61,591 nt of DNA from Candidatus Omnitrophota bacterium (GCA_018896815.1 JAHILY010000005.1:1-61591); one strand, 5' to 3'. Shown: positions 36,347 to 44,903, counted from the stretch's first letter. Made by a program: numbers and translations. The notes: a model not told the origin generated them from the sequence alone.

Positions 36347-38335
36347 ATGTTGTTTAAGGAACTACAAGAGCGCGCAAAAAAAGAGTGGGAAGGGATAAAA
36401 CAAAGTGAACCCCTGGTGATCTCAGTGGGTGCTGCTACTTGCGGTAGGTCTGCGGGCGCGCTATCTGTGCTTCAAGCCTTCAAAGATGAATTAAATACTC
36501 GTCGTATTCGTGCCCGCATCGTTGAGGTAGGATGTATCGGCCTATGTTACAGAGAGCCCATTGTTACTATTACTAAATCCGGACATCCTGGCATATGTTA
36601 TGGCAATATAACGCCTCCAAAGGTTATAGAACTCATCGAAGGTCATATTATCAATGACAAGGTCTTAGAAGATTATGCGCTGGGTACTATCGGAGAGGGC
36701 AGCATTGACAAAGTCCCTAGCCTCTTTCAGATCCCAGTGCTTAAGCCGCAAGTGAGACGTATCATGAATAATTTCGGGTTCATTGACCCTACAAATATAA
36801 ATCATTATATTGCTAATGGCGGCTATAGTGGCCTGGCAAAGGCCCAAAAGATGAAACCAGGACAAATAATTAATGAACTAAAGAAATCCGGCTTGAGAGG
36901 CAGGGGTGGCGCTGGTTTTCCTACCTGGCAAAAATGGCAGTTTTGCTTAAATGCAAAAGGTAGACATAGATATATTATCTGCAATGCTGACGAGGGCGAC
37001 CCAGGCGCTTTTATGAACAGGTCTCTTCTTGAAAGCGACCCGCATTCTGTATTGGAGGGACTACTTATAGCTGGTTATGCTATTGGAGCAGAAAAAGGCT
37101 ATATCTACTGTCGCGCAGAATATCCCTTAGCATTGGATAGACTAAAAATAGCTCTTAAAGAGATGGAAAAAAACATGTTTTCAGGAAACAATTGTGATTC
37201 CGGGTTTAATTTTCATATAGAGATAAAGCAGGGCGCAGGCGCTTTTGTTTGCGGCGAGGAGACCGCTCTTATTGCCTCTATCGAAGGCAAACGTGGCATG
37301 CCTAACCCCCGGCCACCTTTTCCTGCAATATCCGGGCTATGGGGAGAGCCTACTATTATCAATAACGTGGAGACCCTGGCGTCTGTAGCTTCTATATTTA
37401 AGAATAATGCTGATTGGTTTGGCCAATATGGTACGCAAAAAAGCAAGGGTACTAAGACTTTTGCGTTAGCAGGCAAGATAAGGCGCACTGGTCTTATTGA
37501 AGTGCCGTTAGGTGTTACGCTAAGAGAGGTAATATACGAGATAGGCGGCGGGATTCAGAACGATAAAAAATTCAAGGCAGTTCAGACAGGCGGCCCCTCA
37601 GGCGGATGCTTACCCGCTTCTCTTTTAGATGAACCTATTGATTACGAGTCACTCGCTCAAGCCGGCTCAATTATGGGTTCCGGCGGCATGGTGGTAATGG
37701 ACGAAGATACCTGCATGGTGGATATTGCCCGCTATTTTCTTGATTTTACGCAAAAAGAATCCTGCGGAAAATGTGTTCCCTGCAGGCTCGGCACAAAACA
37801 GATGCTTGATATTCTTAATGATATAACTCAAGGAAAAAGTAGATCTGAAGATATTGATCTTCTTCTCGAATTAGCTGAAGGGATAAAGGCAGGTTCACTC
37901 TGTGGTCTCGGCCAGACAGCGCCAAATACAGTACTTACTACTATTCGTTATTTTCGGGATGAGTACGAGGCGCATATAAAACATAGGAAATGTCCGGCAG
38001 GTGTTTGTAAAGCACTGATCCGCTATTCTATTGACGAAGCTAAGTGTACTGGATGCGGTGTTTGTAAAAAAGAGTGTCCAGGGGACGCCATCTCGCGGTA
38101 TAGGAAAGTATATCCCCCCTTGTTTCCTTCCCCGCAGATTTGCTGGTGCAAATCTAATCGCGGGGACAGGTCGGAAACAAAACAGGGGGGACGGCGAAAA
38201 TCGCTTAAAAATTATCGCCGCAAGGCGATTTTCTTGGGAGAAAAGAAAAAACCTCATAAGATAGATCAGGCAACCTGTATTAAATGCGGGGTCTGTAAAG
38301 AGGTCTGCAGATTTGAGGCTGTGAAGATAGAATAA
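36347..38335 (+). CDS. NuoF/HydB-like NAD(H)- and FMN-binding subunit with N-terminal 2Fe-2S domain and C-terminal 2x[4Fe-4S] domain (interrupted by a repeat element)
   Basis: GLRGRGGAGFPT, ICNADEGDPGAFM, ESCGKCVPCRLG, SLCGLGQ, CTGCGVCKKECP, CIKCGVCKEVC. Confidence 0.85.
   Translation: MLFKELQERAKKEWEGIKQSEPLVISVGAATCGRSAGALSVLQAFKDELNTRRIRARIVEVGCIGLCYREPIVTITKSGHPGICYGNITPPKVIELIEGHIINDKVLEDYALGTIGEGSIDKVPSLFQIPVLKPQVRRIMNNFGFIDPTNINHYIANGGYSGLAKAQKMKPGQIINELKKSGLRGRGGAGFPTWQKWQFCLNAKGRHRYIICNADEGDPGAFMNRSLLESDPHSVLEGLLIAGYAIGAEKGYIYCRAEYPLALDRLKIALKEMEKNMFSGNNCDSGFNFHIEIKQGAGAFVCGEETALIASIEGKRGMPNPRPPFPAISGLWGEPTIINNVETLASVASIFKNNADWFGQYGTQKSKGTKTFALAGKIRRTGLIEVPLGVTLREVIYEIGGGIQNDKKFKAVQTGGPSGGCLPASLLDEPIDYESLAQAGSIMGSGGMVVMDEDTCMVDIARYFLDFTQKESCGKCVPCRLGTKQMLDILNDITQGKSRSEDIDLLLELAEGIKAGSLCGLGQTAPNTVLTTIRYFRDEYEAHIKHRKCPAGVCKALIRYSIDEAKCTGCGVCKKECPGDAISRYRKVYPPLFPSPQICWCKSNRGDRSETKQGGRRKSLKNYRRKAIFLGEKKKPHKIDQATCIKCGVCKEVCRFEAVKIE
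38096..38236. repeat. Palindromic element copy inserted in frame (47 codons) in the nuoF-like gene
   Basis: TATAGGAAAGTATAT-C6 ... inner hairpin ... G6-ACGGCGAAAATCGC...GCGATTTTCTTG. The core is the reverse complement of 44767-44842 with about 7 differences (manual alignment). Confidence 0.75.
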
Positions 38336-38339
38336 AATA

Positions 38340-38365
38340 GTAGGCCAGGTTTAAACCTGGCCTAC
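38340..38365 (+). terminator. Perfect 26-bp palindrome between the nuoF-like gene and fdhA
   Basis: GTAGGCCAGGTTT|AAACCTGGCCTAC. No T-tract; probably an intercistronic structure. Confidence 0.4.
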
Positions 38366-38366
38366 G

Positions 38367-41084
38367 GTGATGATTATGATAAAGATAACCATTGATAATA
38401 TACAAGTAAAAGCTAAAGCAGGGACGACAATATTAGAAACAGCGCTTGAAAATGATATTTACATCCCGCATCTTTGCTATTACCCTGATCTGAAACCAGT
38501 TGGCGCGTGCCGATTGTGTATGGTAGAGATCCCTGGAAGAGGGTTAACGATTTCATGCAAGACCTTGGTAGAAAAAGGAATGGTTGTAAGGACAGAAAGC
38601 CCCCAGACCAGTAAGGTGCGGAGAACTGCTGTAGAGCTGCTTATTGTAAATCACCATGCGGATTGTCTTTCCTCCACCAAAGATACTCAGTGTAAATTAA
38701 AGGAGATAGCTACTTATGTTGGCATTGAGGAAGAGCGGTTAAAGCGATTGAGGGCCACGACTAAAACTACTCCTATTGACAGATCCAATCCTTTTTTTGA
38801 CCGCGAACCTGATAGGTGCGTACTTTGTGGTATTTGCGTAAGAACCTGTGAAGAGATACAAGGCGCGAGTGCTATAGATTTTGCGTTTAGAAGCTATGAC
38901 ACTACTATTAGTACTTTTGGAAACAAACCTATCCTGGAATCCAGATGCGAGTCCTGTGGCGAGTGCGTAGTGAGATGTCCTGTAGGCGCATTAAGGCCTA
39001 AGGATTACCAAAAGCCTTCCCGTGAGGTAAAGAGCGTGTGTACCTATTGCGGCGTTGGCTGCGGGATCTACCTGGGCGTCAGGGATAACTCTATTGTTAG
39101 TGTACGGGGCAATACTGATAGCCCTGCAAATGAAGGCAGGCTTTGCGTCAAGGGGCGATTTGGCTATAATTTTGTTAATCACCCTGACCGGTTGACTACG
39201 CCCCTTATCAAGAAAAATGGCAAATTTGTTGAAGCTACATGGACAGAGGCGCTGGAACTTATTGCAAAAAAATTCTCTCTTTATAAAAAGGAGCAGTTTG
39301 CTGCTATTGCTTCAGCCAGGTGCACTAACGAAGAAAACTATCTTGTTCAAAAATTTACCAGGGCGGTAATGGGAACAAATAATGTTGACCACTGCGCGCG
39401 GCTTTGCCACGCGCCTACTGTTGCAGGCCTGGCTCAATCCTTAGGTAGCGGCGCGATGACCAATACCATCAGCGAGATCGGCCTTACCGCATGTATCTTA
39501 GCCATAGGCACCAATACCACATCCGCCCACCCTGTAATCGGGCTGCAGGTAAGAAAAGCAGCTAAGCACTCTGCAAAGCTTATCGTGGCCAATCCTAAAG
39601 AGATCGACCTTTGTCGCTTCGCTGATGTATTCATACGACACCGGCCCGGTACTGATATAGCCCTCTTGATGGGTATGATGCGAGTTATTCTCGATGAAGG
39701 GCTATATGACTTACCCTTTATTGAAAAACGTACCGAGGGTTTCGAGGCCTTTAAGAAGACGCTTTCTAATTTTGACATGGATTTTGTAGAGAAGACAACA
39801 GGCGTAGACCGAAAGACGATTATTAAAGCAGCCAGGATCTATGCTACCTCTAAACCCAGCACTATTCTATATGCTATGGGTATCTGCCAGCATTCTCATG
39901 GCACTGATAATGTACTGGCTATCAGTAATCTATCGCTCATCACGGGGAACATCGGCAAGCCCTCATCAGGGGTCAACCCGTTACGGGGGCAGAACAATGT
40001 TCAGGGCGCCTGTGATATGGGATCTTTGCCTAATGTCTATCCCGGTTACCAGAAAGTGGATGACCCTGAGGTAAAAAAGAAATTTGAATCAGCCTGGGGT
40101 GTTCCTTTAGATCCATCGCGCGGGTTGACTCATTTTGAGATATCTGATGCCGCGTATGACAAGAAAATAAAAGCCCTTTATCTTGTCGGTGAAAATCCGA
40201 TCTTAAGCGAAGCAAATGCCAGTCATGTCGAAGACGCTATAAAAAGATTGGAATTTTTTGTGGTCCAGGATATATTCCTTACAGAAACCGCTGAATTGGC
40301 TGATGTAGTCTTGCCTGCAGCAAGCTTTGCTGAGAAGGACGGGACTTTCACGAACAGCGAGCGACGCGTTCAGAGGATACATAAGGCAATAGAGCCTGTT
40401 GGAAATGCAAAGCCTGACTGGTGGATCACATGCCAGATCGGTAAAAAACTGGGAGGTAAAGGATTTGATTTTTCAGATCCTGGAGAGATCATGGATGAGA
40501 TCGCTTCTTTAGTCCCGAATTATAAAGGCATATCCTATGATCGGCTGGAAAAAGGGGGACTCCAGTGGCCCTGTCTTGATTATAAACATAAAGGGACACA
40601 GATCCTTCACACCGAACGCTTCGCTACAAAAAGCGGCAAGGCTAAATTTATATCACTTGAATATAGGCCATCACAAGAAATCCCTGATAGCGAGTATCCG
40701 CTCGTCCTCACTACTGAGAGCAGTCTTTACCACTATACCTCAGGCGCTATGACGCGAAGAGTGGATGGCCTTAATATATTAAGGAAGCAGGAACTGGTAG
40801 AGATCAACCCGGAAGATGCGAATAGGCTTGGGATCAGTGATGGCCAGACAGTGCGTATAACTTCCCGGCGGGGCGAGGTGCAGGCTAAAGCAAAGGTAAC
40901 AGATGTTCCGTTGCCAGGCGTGATCTCTATGAGCATTCATTTTGCCGAAACAAAGACCAATCTAGTTACCAATGCTGCTTTGGATCCTATATCAAAGACA
41001 CCTGAGACAAAGGTATGCGCGGTGAAAGTCTGCCCTGTTAAAAGCTTTAACCACAGAGAACACAGAGGAAAAGATATAGTTTAA
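38367..41084 (+). CDS. fdhA: NAD-linked formate dehydrogenase alpha subunit (FdsA/FdhA type, Cys active site)
   Basis: N-terminal 2Fe-2S (C36, C47, C50, C64), NuoG-like clusters, CTYCGVGC, HCARLCHAPT (Cys, no in-frame TGA), MGD domains. Confidence 0.85.
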   Translation: MMIMIKITIDNIQVKAKAGTTILETALENDIYIPHLCYYPDLKPVGACRLCMVEIPGRGLTISCKTLVEKGMVVRTESPQTSKVRRTAVELLIVNHHADCLSSTKDTQCKLKEIATYVGIEEERLKRLRATTKTTPIDRSNPFFDREPDRCVLCGICVRTCEEIQGASAIDFAFRSYDTTISTFGNKPILESRCESCGECVVRCPVGALRPKDYQKPSREVKSVCTYCGVGCGIYLGVRDNSIVSVRGNTDSPANEGRLCVKGRFGYNFVNHPDRLTTPLIKKNGKFVEATWTEALELIAKKFSLYKKEQFAAIASARCTNEENYLVQKFTRAVMGTNNVDHCARLCHAPTVAGLAQSLGSGAMTNTISEIGLTACILAIGTNTTSAHPVIGLQVRKAAKHSAKLIVANPKEIDLCRFADVFIRHRPGTDIALLMGMMRVILDEGLYDLPFIEKRTEGFEAFKKTLSNFDMDFVEKTTGVDRKTIIKAARIYATSKPSTILYAMGICQHSHGTDNVLAISNLSLITGNIGKPSSGVNPLRGQNNVQGACDMGSLPNVYPGYQKVDDPEVKKKFESAWGVPLDPSRGLTHFEISDAAYDKKIKALYLVGENPILSEANASHVEDAIKRLEFFVVQDIFLTETAELADVVLPAASFAEKDGTFTNSERRVQRIHKAIEPVGNAKPDWWITCQIGKKLGGKGFDFSDPGEIMDEIASLVPNYKGISYDRLEKGGLQWPCLDYKHKGTQILHTERFATKSGKAKFISLEYRPSQEIPDSEYPLVLTTESSLYHYTSGAMTRRVDGLNILRKQELVEINPEDANRLGISDGQTVRITSRRGEVQAKAKVTDVPLPGVISMSIHFAETKTNLVTNAALDPISKTPETKVCAVKVCPVKSFNHREHRGKDIV

Positions 41085-41190
41085 TATAGTAGGAAAGTAT
41101 ATCCCCCTAGATTTACTCCTTATAGTCGTAAATCTAAGCAGGGGGGACTGCGAAAATTGCAGAAAGTTATTGCCGAGGGCAATTTTCTTG
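41085..41190. repeat. Palindromic element copy filling the fdhA-mobB intergenic gap
   Basis: TATAGTAGGAAAGTATAT-C5-TAGATTTAC..GTAAATCTA-AGCA-G6-ACTGCGAAAATTGC...GGCAATTTTCTTG. Confidence 0.75.
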
Positions 41191-41666
41191 TGAAGACGAT
41201 AGTGATATCAGGTAGTCATAGCAATATTGGCAAGACCTCCGTGGCTGAGGTTATGCTCAGCAGTTTAAATGGCTGGTCAGGGCTCAAGGTAACAACAGTA
41301 AAAGAGAAGTCTGGATGCGAGCGTGGTAGTAATTGTACGGTGTGTTCTGAATTAAAAGATGATTTTGATATTATTACGGATAAAAAGATAATCAACGAGA
41401 AAAATACAGACACTGCCCGAATGAAAAGCTCAGGCGCGAAGAAAGTAGTTTGGCTCAAGGCGAATACGAGTGGTCTGAAGCAGGGTTTAAAAAAGGCGCT
41501 TTACTGTTTGCGGGGTTCGAAAGGCGTGGTAATCGAAGGGACAAGTGTTTTAAAATATATAAATCCGGATCTGGCAATATATCTAAAGGATGGCGCAACG
41601 CGACCGAAACCAAGCGCTAAACAGACAGAGAAAAAGGCAGATATAGTTTATGACATTAATAGATAA
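41190..41666 (+). CDS. mobB: MobB-like P-loop protein
   Basis: VISGSHSNIGKTS Walker A. GTG 41190 preferred because the upstream TTG start (41157) lies inside the repeat element. Confidence 0.55.
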   Translation: MKTIVISGSHSNIGKTSVAEVMLSSLNGWSGLKVTTVKEKSGCERGSNCTVCSELKDDFDIITDKKIINEKNTDTARMKSSGAKKVVWLKANTSGLKQGLKKALYCLRGSKGVVIEGTSVLKYINPDLAIYLKDGATRPKPSAKQTEKKADIVYDINR

Positions 41667-42636
41667 TTTCAATCGCAGGATAGATTATTTGCGCATCTCA
41701 GTCACAGACAGGTGTAACTTGAGGTGTAAATATTGTATGCCTGCATGTGGTATTGCGAATAAACTTCACAGCGATCTTCTATCATTTGAAGAGATTGCAA
41801 AGATTGTGAGGATAGGAGTTTCTTTAGGTGTAGATAAGGTCCGTCTTACAGGTGGCGAGCCATTAGTGAGGAAGGATATTGTAGGACTTGTGAAGATCTT
41901 AGCTAATATAGAAGGCCTAAAGGATATTTCCATGACAACTAATGGCATTCTCTTAAAGAATTATGCGTCACAACTTAAAAAAGCCGGACTCAAAAGACTA
42001 AATATAAGTTTAGACACATTGCAAGAAGAGAAATATAGAGATATAACAAGGGGAGGAGAATTAAAAGAGGTAAAAGAGGCGATCAAACTTTCTCTAGAAG
42101 CAGGATTTCATCCATTAAAGATAAACATGCTTCTTTTGGCCGGCATAAATGAGGACGAGATCATTGATTTTTTAAGATTGACGATAAACCTGCCTATACA
42201 CGTCAGGTTCCTGGAGTTTATGCCGACCAAGAATAATGAGTTCTGGCATTCCAGGGAGGATTTTATATCGTATAAAGAGGTAGTGGGTATCTCTAAAGGG
42301 TTAGGGCACGTGGAAGACATCGATGTTCATGGCAATGGACCGGCAAAAAACTTCAGGATCAAACACGCAAGAGGCACATTTGGATTTATTGCTCCTTTGA
42401 GCGAAAGTTTTTGTTCAAGCTGTAACAGGCTCAGACTTACATCAGATGGATTCTTAAAGGCATGTCTGCATTCAGACCTTAAGATCAATCTAAAAGATCC
42501 TATAAGGCGGGGCATGGATGAAAAAAGTCTTATCCAGCTCATAAACCTGGCAGTAAATACAAAACTAAAAGAACACATTCTTAGCGAGAATCCGATTTCA
42601 TCATCAGAATATCTGATGTGTCAGATAGGGGGATAA
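41650..42636 (+). CDS. moaA: GTP 3',8-cyclase MoaA (radical SAM)
   Basis: YLRISVTDRCNLRCKYCMP, LTGGEPL, C-terminal CSSCNRLRLTSDG. Confidence 0.9.
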   Translation: MTLIDNFNRRIDYLRISVTDRCNLRCKYCMPACGIANKLHSDLLSFEEIAKIVRIGVSLGVDKVRLTGGEPLVRKDIVGLVKILANIEGLKDISMTTNGILLKNYASQLKKAGLKRLNISLDTLQEEKYRDITRGGELKEVKEAIKLSLEAGFHPLKINMLLLAGINEDEIIDFLRLTINLPIHVRFLEFMPTKNNEFWHSREDFISYKEVVGISKGLGHVEDIDVHGNGPAKNFRIKHARGTFGFIAPLSESFCSSCNRLRLTSDGFLKACLHSDLKINLKDPIRRGMDEKSLIQLINLAVNTKLKEHILSENPISSSEYLMCQIGG

Positions 42637-42640
42637 AGCA

Positions 42641-43099
42641 GTGGACAGTGGCGATATAAGAATGGCGGATATAAGTGAAAAGTCACAGACTAAGAGGATG
42701 GCTATTGCGCAGGCAAAGGTTTTTATGAAAAGGGATACTTTGTCAAAGCTGATCAAGGGTAAGATTCCCAAGGGTAATGTCCTTGCTTGCGCAAATATAG
42801 CAGGTATTATGGCTGCTAAGAAGACGAGTGAGCTTCTTCCCCTGTGCCATCCTTTAGAGATCACTGATGTAAAATTGGAGTTTGATATCGATGAGAAAAA
42901 GGCCTGTATATTAGTAAAGGCAATAGTTTCTGTTCTTGGTAGGACTGGCGTTGAAATGGAGGCATTGACTGCAGCCTCTATTGCATCTCTAACTATCTAT
43001 GATATGTGTAAGCCGGTGGATAAAGATATAGTGATTTCGGATATCATGCTTTTAGAAAAAAGCGGGGGAAAGAGTGGCGCCTATAAAAGGCAGGGTTAA
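42641..43099 (+). CDS. moaC: Cyclic pyranopterin monophosphate synthase MoaC
   Basis: KGNVLACANIAGIMAAKKTSELLPLCHPL, GVEMEALTA, IYDMCK. Confidence 0.85.
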   Translation: MDSGDIRMADISEKSQTKRMAIAQAKVFMKRDTLSKLIKGKIPKGNVLACANIAGIMAAKKTSELLPLCHPLEITDVKLEFDIDEKKACILVKAIVSVLGRTGVEMEALTAASIASLTIYDMCKPVDKDIVISDIMLLEKSGGKSGAYKRQG

Positions 43100-43538
43100 G
43101 TCTATCTCCACATCCTCAAAAAAAGGCTGCAAGAAAAAGAACACGCAGATCGCTGTATTAAAAGAGGATTTTGGTATTGTGGGCGACGCGCATGGAGGAG
43201 GCGAGAGACAGGTGAGTTTGCTCGCAATCGAGTCTATTGAAAAGATGCGAAAAAAAGGCGTGGATGTAACTTCAGGTGATTTTGCAGAAAATATTACAAC
43301 CTCTGGCATGGACTTGATGAGCTTAAAACTTGGCTCTCATTTAAAGATAGGTAAATCTGCCTTGTTAGAGATCACGCATATCGGCAAGGTGTGTCATGAT
43401 AGATGCGAGATCTTTCGTCAGGTAGGAGACTGTGTCATGCCAAGAGAAGGAATATTCGCAAAGGTCTTAAAAGGAGGCGTTATTAAACCAAGAGATAGAA
43501 TGGAGGTAGTGAAGCAATGGAAAAGCCATACACTGTAG
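43074..43538 (+). CDS. MOSC-domain protein
   Basis: GIVGDAHGG..RQVSLL, GDFAENITTSG, IGKVCH. Confidence 0.65.
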   Translation: MAPIKGRVKSISTSSKKGCKKKNTQIAVLKEDFGIVGDAHGGGERQVSLLAIESIEKMRKKGVDVTSGDFAENITTSGMDLMSLKLGSHLKIGKSALLEITHIGKVCHDRCEIFRQVGDCVMPREGIFAKVLKGGVIKPRDRMEVVKQWKSHTL

Positions 43539-44002
43539 CGGTATTAACGATAAGTGATAAATGTTCTAAAGGTCAGCGTGAGGACGAGAGCGGAAAGATC
43601 ACCCAGGACCTTATTAAGAAGCTTCCTGGTGATGTCGTGAAATACGAGATCATCCCTGACGAATCTGAGATGATCAAGGAGCGTATTAAAAATTATTGTG
43701 ATGAATTGAAGGTAGACCTGGTCCTTACAAATGGCGGCACTGGGTTTACTACAAGGGATGTTACCCCTGAGGCCACAAAAGAGGTTATTGAGAAAGAGAT
43801 CCCTGGCATTCCTGAAGCGATGCGCACGCTTTGTCTCGGCCTCACCAAAAGGGCAATGCTTTCAAGAGGCATCTCGGGCATTAGAGGAAAGACATTGATA
43901 CTTAATTTACCAGGCAGCACCAGGGGCGCTAAAGAATCCTTGGAAGCTATACTTGATGGCCTGGCTCATGGCCTGGATATGGTTATCGGAAGGGAACACT
44001 AA
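43517..44002 (+). CDS. moaB: MoaB/MogA-family molybdopterin adenylyltransferase-like protein
   Basis: VAVLTISDK...DESG, LVLTNGGTGFTTRDVTPEA, PGSTRGA. Confidence 0.8.
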   Translation: MEKPYTVAVLTISDKCSKGQREDESGKITQDLIKKLPGDVVKYEIIPDESEMIKERIKNYCDELKVDLVLTNGGTGFTTRDVTPEATKEVIEKEIPGIPEAMRTLCLGLTKRAMLSRGISGIRGKTLILNLPGSTRGAKESLEAILDGLAHGLDMVIGREH

Positions 44003-44524
44003 GTGATTCTACTAAATCTTTTCCTTTCATTCCTTAGAATAGGATTATTCGCAATAGGCGGGGCGTATTCGTTCCTGCCCCTCATTGAAAAAGAAGTTGT
44101 TGTGAAGTATGAGTGGCTGACAAAGAGTGAGTTTCTGGATGTGTTGGGGATGGTGAAGATATTGCCAGGTGCTATATCAATCAAGTTTGCCACCTATACT
44201 GGTTTTAAGATCGCAGGCATCCCCGGCGCTATTATAGCGAACCTCGGCAACATCCTTGGCCCAGCCAGCCTGATTATCATTGCGTCCAGCATATACGCTA
44301 AATACAAGGACGTCCCCAGTGTCCAGGGCGCGTTCAACGTGATCCAACTCGTGATTTTTGCCATGATCCTCGCCGTAGCTTTCCAGCTAGTAAGCTCATC
44401 CCAACTCCTGTCACTGCGAAACATACTGATTATCGTTGTCTCGTTCCTGCTCTTTTCCTTTACCAAGATTCACCCCGCTATCATAATCATCGCCGCCGCT
44501 CTTCTCGGCGCTTTTTTGAAATAA
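44003..44524 (+). CDS. chrA: Short-chain CHR (chromate-ion transporter) family protein, single half-size gene
   Basis: FLRIGLFAIGGAYSFLPLIEKEVV...WLTKSEFLD. 173 aa. GTG start abuts the moaB stop. Confidence 0.7.
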   Translation: MILLNLFLSFLRIGLFAIGGAYSFLPLIEKEVVVKYEWLTKSEFLDVLGMVKILPGAISIKFATYTGFKIAGIPGAIIANLGNILGPASLIIIASSIYAKYKDVPSVQGAFNVIQLVIFAMILAVAFQLVSSSQLLSLRNILIIVVSFLLFSFTKIHPAIIIIAAALLGAFLK

Positions 44525-44640
44525 TATAAACCTGGCGGCCCAGGGTATTCATTCCAAGAAAAAATCAAAAACTTCCCTTGACCCGCCAAAGAGCTGGAGA
44601 GGTCTACACAAAATGTTCAAAGAACATTTTGCTTGATAGC

Positions 44641-44903
44641 ATAGGAAATTATATGCCCCCCTGTTTTGTTTCGCTTCACCCCTAGAAATTGCAAAGCAAT
44701 TTCAGGGACTTTAGTCCTGGGAATTCTTCGAATTCCTCAGGGCTCAACAAAACAAAGCAGGCCTGTCCCCCCTGCTTTGTTTTTGACCTGTCCCCGCGAT
44801 TAGATTTGCGCCAGCAAATCTGCGGGGAAAAAACAAGGGGGGAGGGGACTGCGAAAAATCTCTTTGAGTCACCGAGCTCGCTGAAAGGCGGGCGAGATTT
44901 TTC
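44641..44903. repeat. Composite of the palindromic repeat family: two-hairpin unit, C6..G6 unit and GAAAAATCTC hairpin
   Basis: ATAGGAAATTATATG-C6 (44656); inner hairpins as at 12460-12568; second C6 (44767) ... G6 (44837); then GAAAAATCTC (44853) .. GAGATTTTTC (44894). Confidence 0.8.

Noticed and set aside
38031-38264. 77-aa alternative-frame + strand ORF inside the nuoF-like gene
   Set aside because: It overlaps the conserved ferredoxin motifs of the main frame and is created by the inserted repeat element. There is no independent start signal.
38367-41084. Selenocysteine-containing formate dehydrogenase (also considered for hdrA and mvhD)
   Set aside because: There is no in-frame TGA. 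The active-site position reads HCARLCH with a TGC Cys codon, and no SECIS-like hairpin is needed.
44823-44847. Potential G-quadruplex (GGGG-N9-GGGGGG-A-GGGG)
   Set aside because: The G runs are already engaged as the right-hand clamp of the palindromic element, pairing with the C6 and CCCC on the left. The duplex or hairpin is the more parsimonious structure.
12460-44903. Possibility that the recurring palindromic repeats are a CRISPR array
   Set aside because: Copies are dispersed over 30 kb. They differ in length and composition, are individually palindromic with nested stems, and are not separated by uniform spacers. No cas genes are present.
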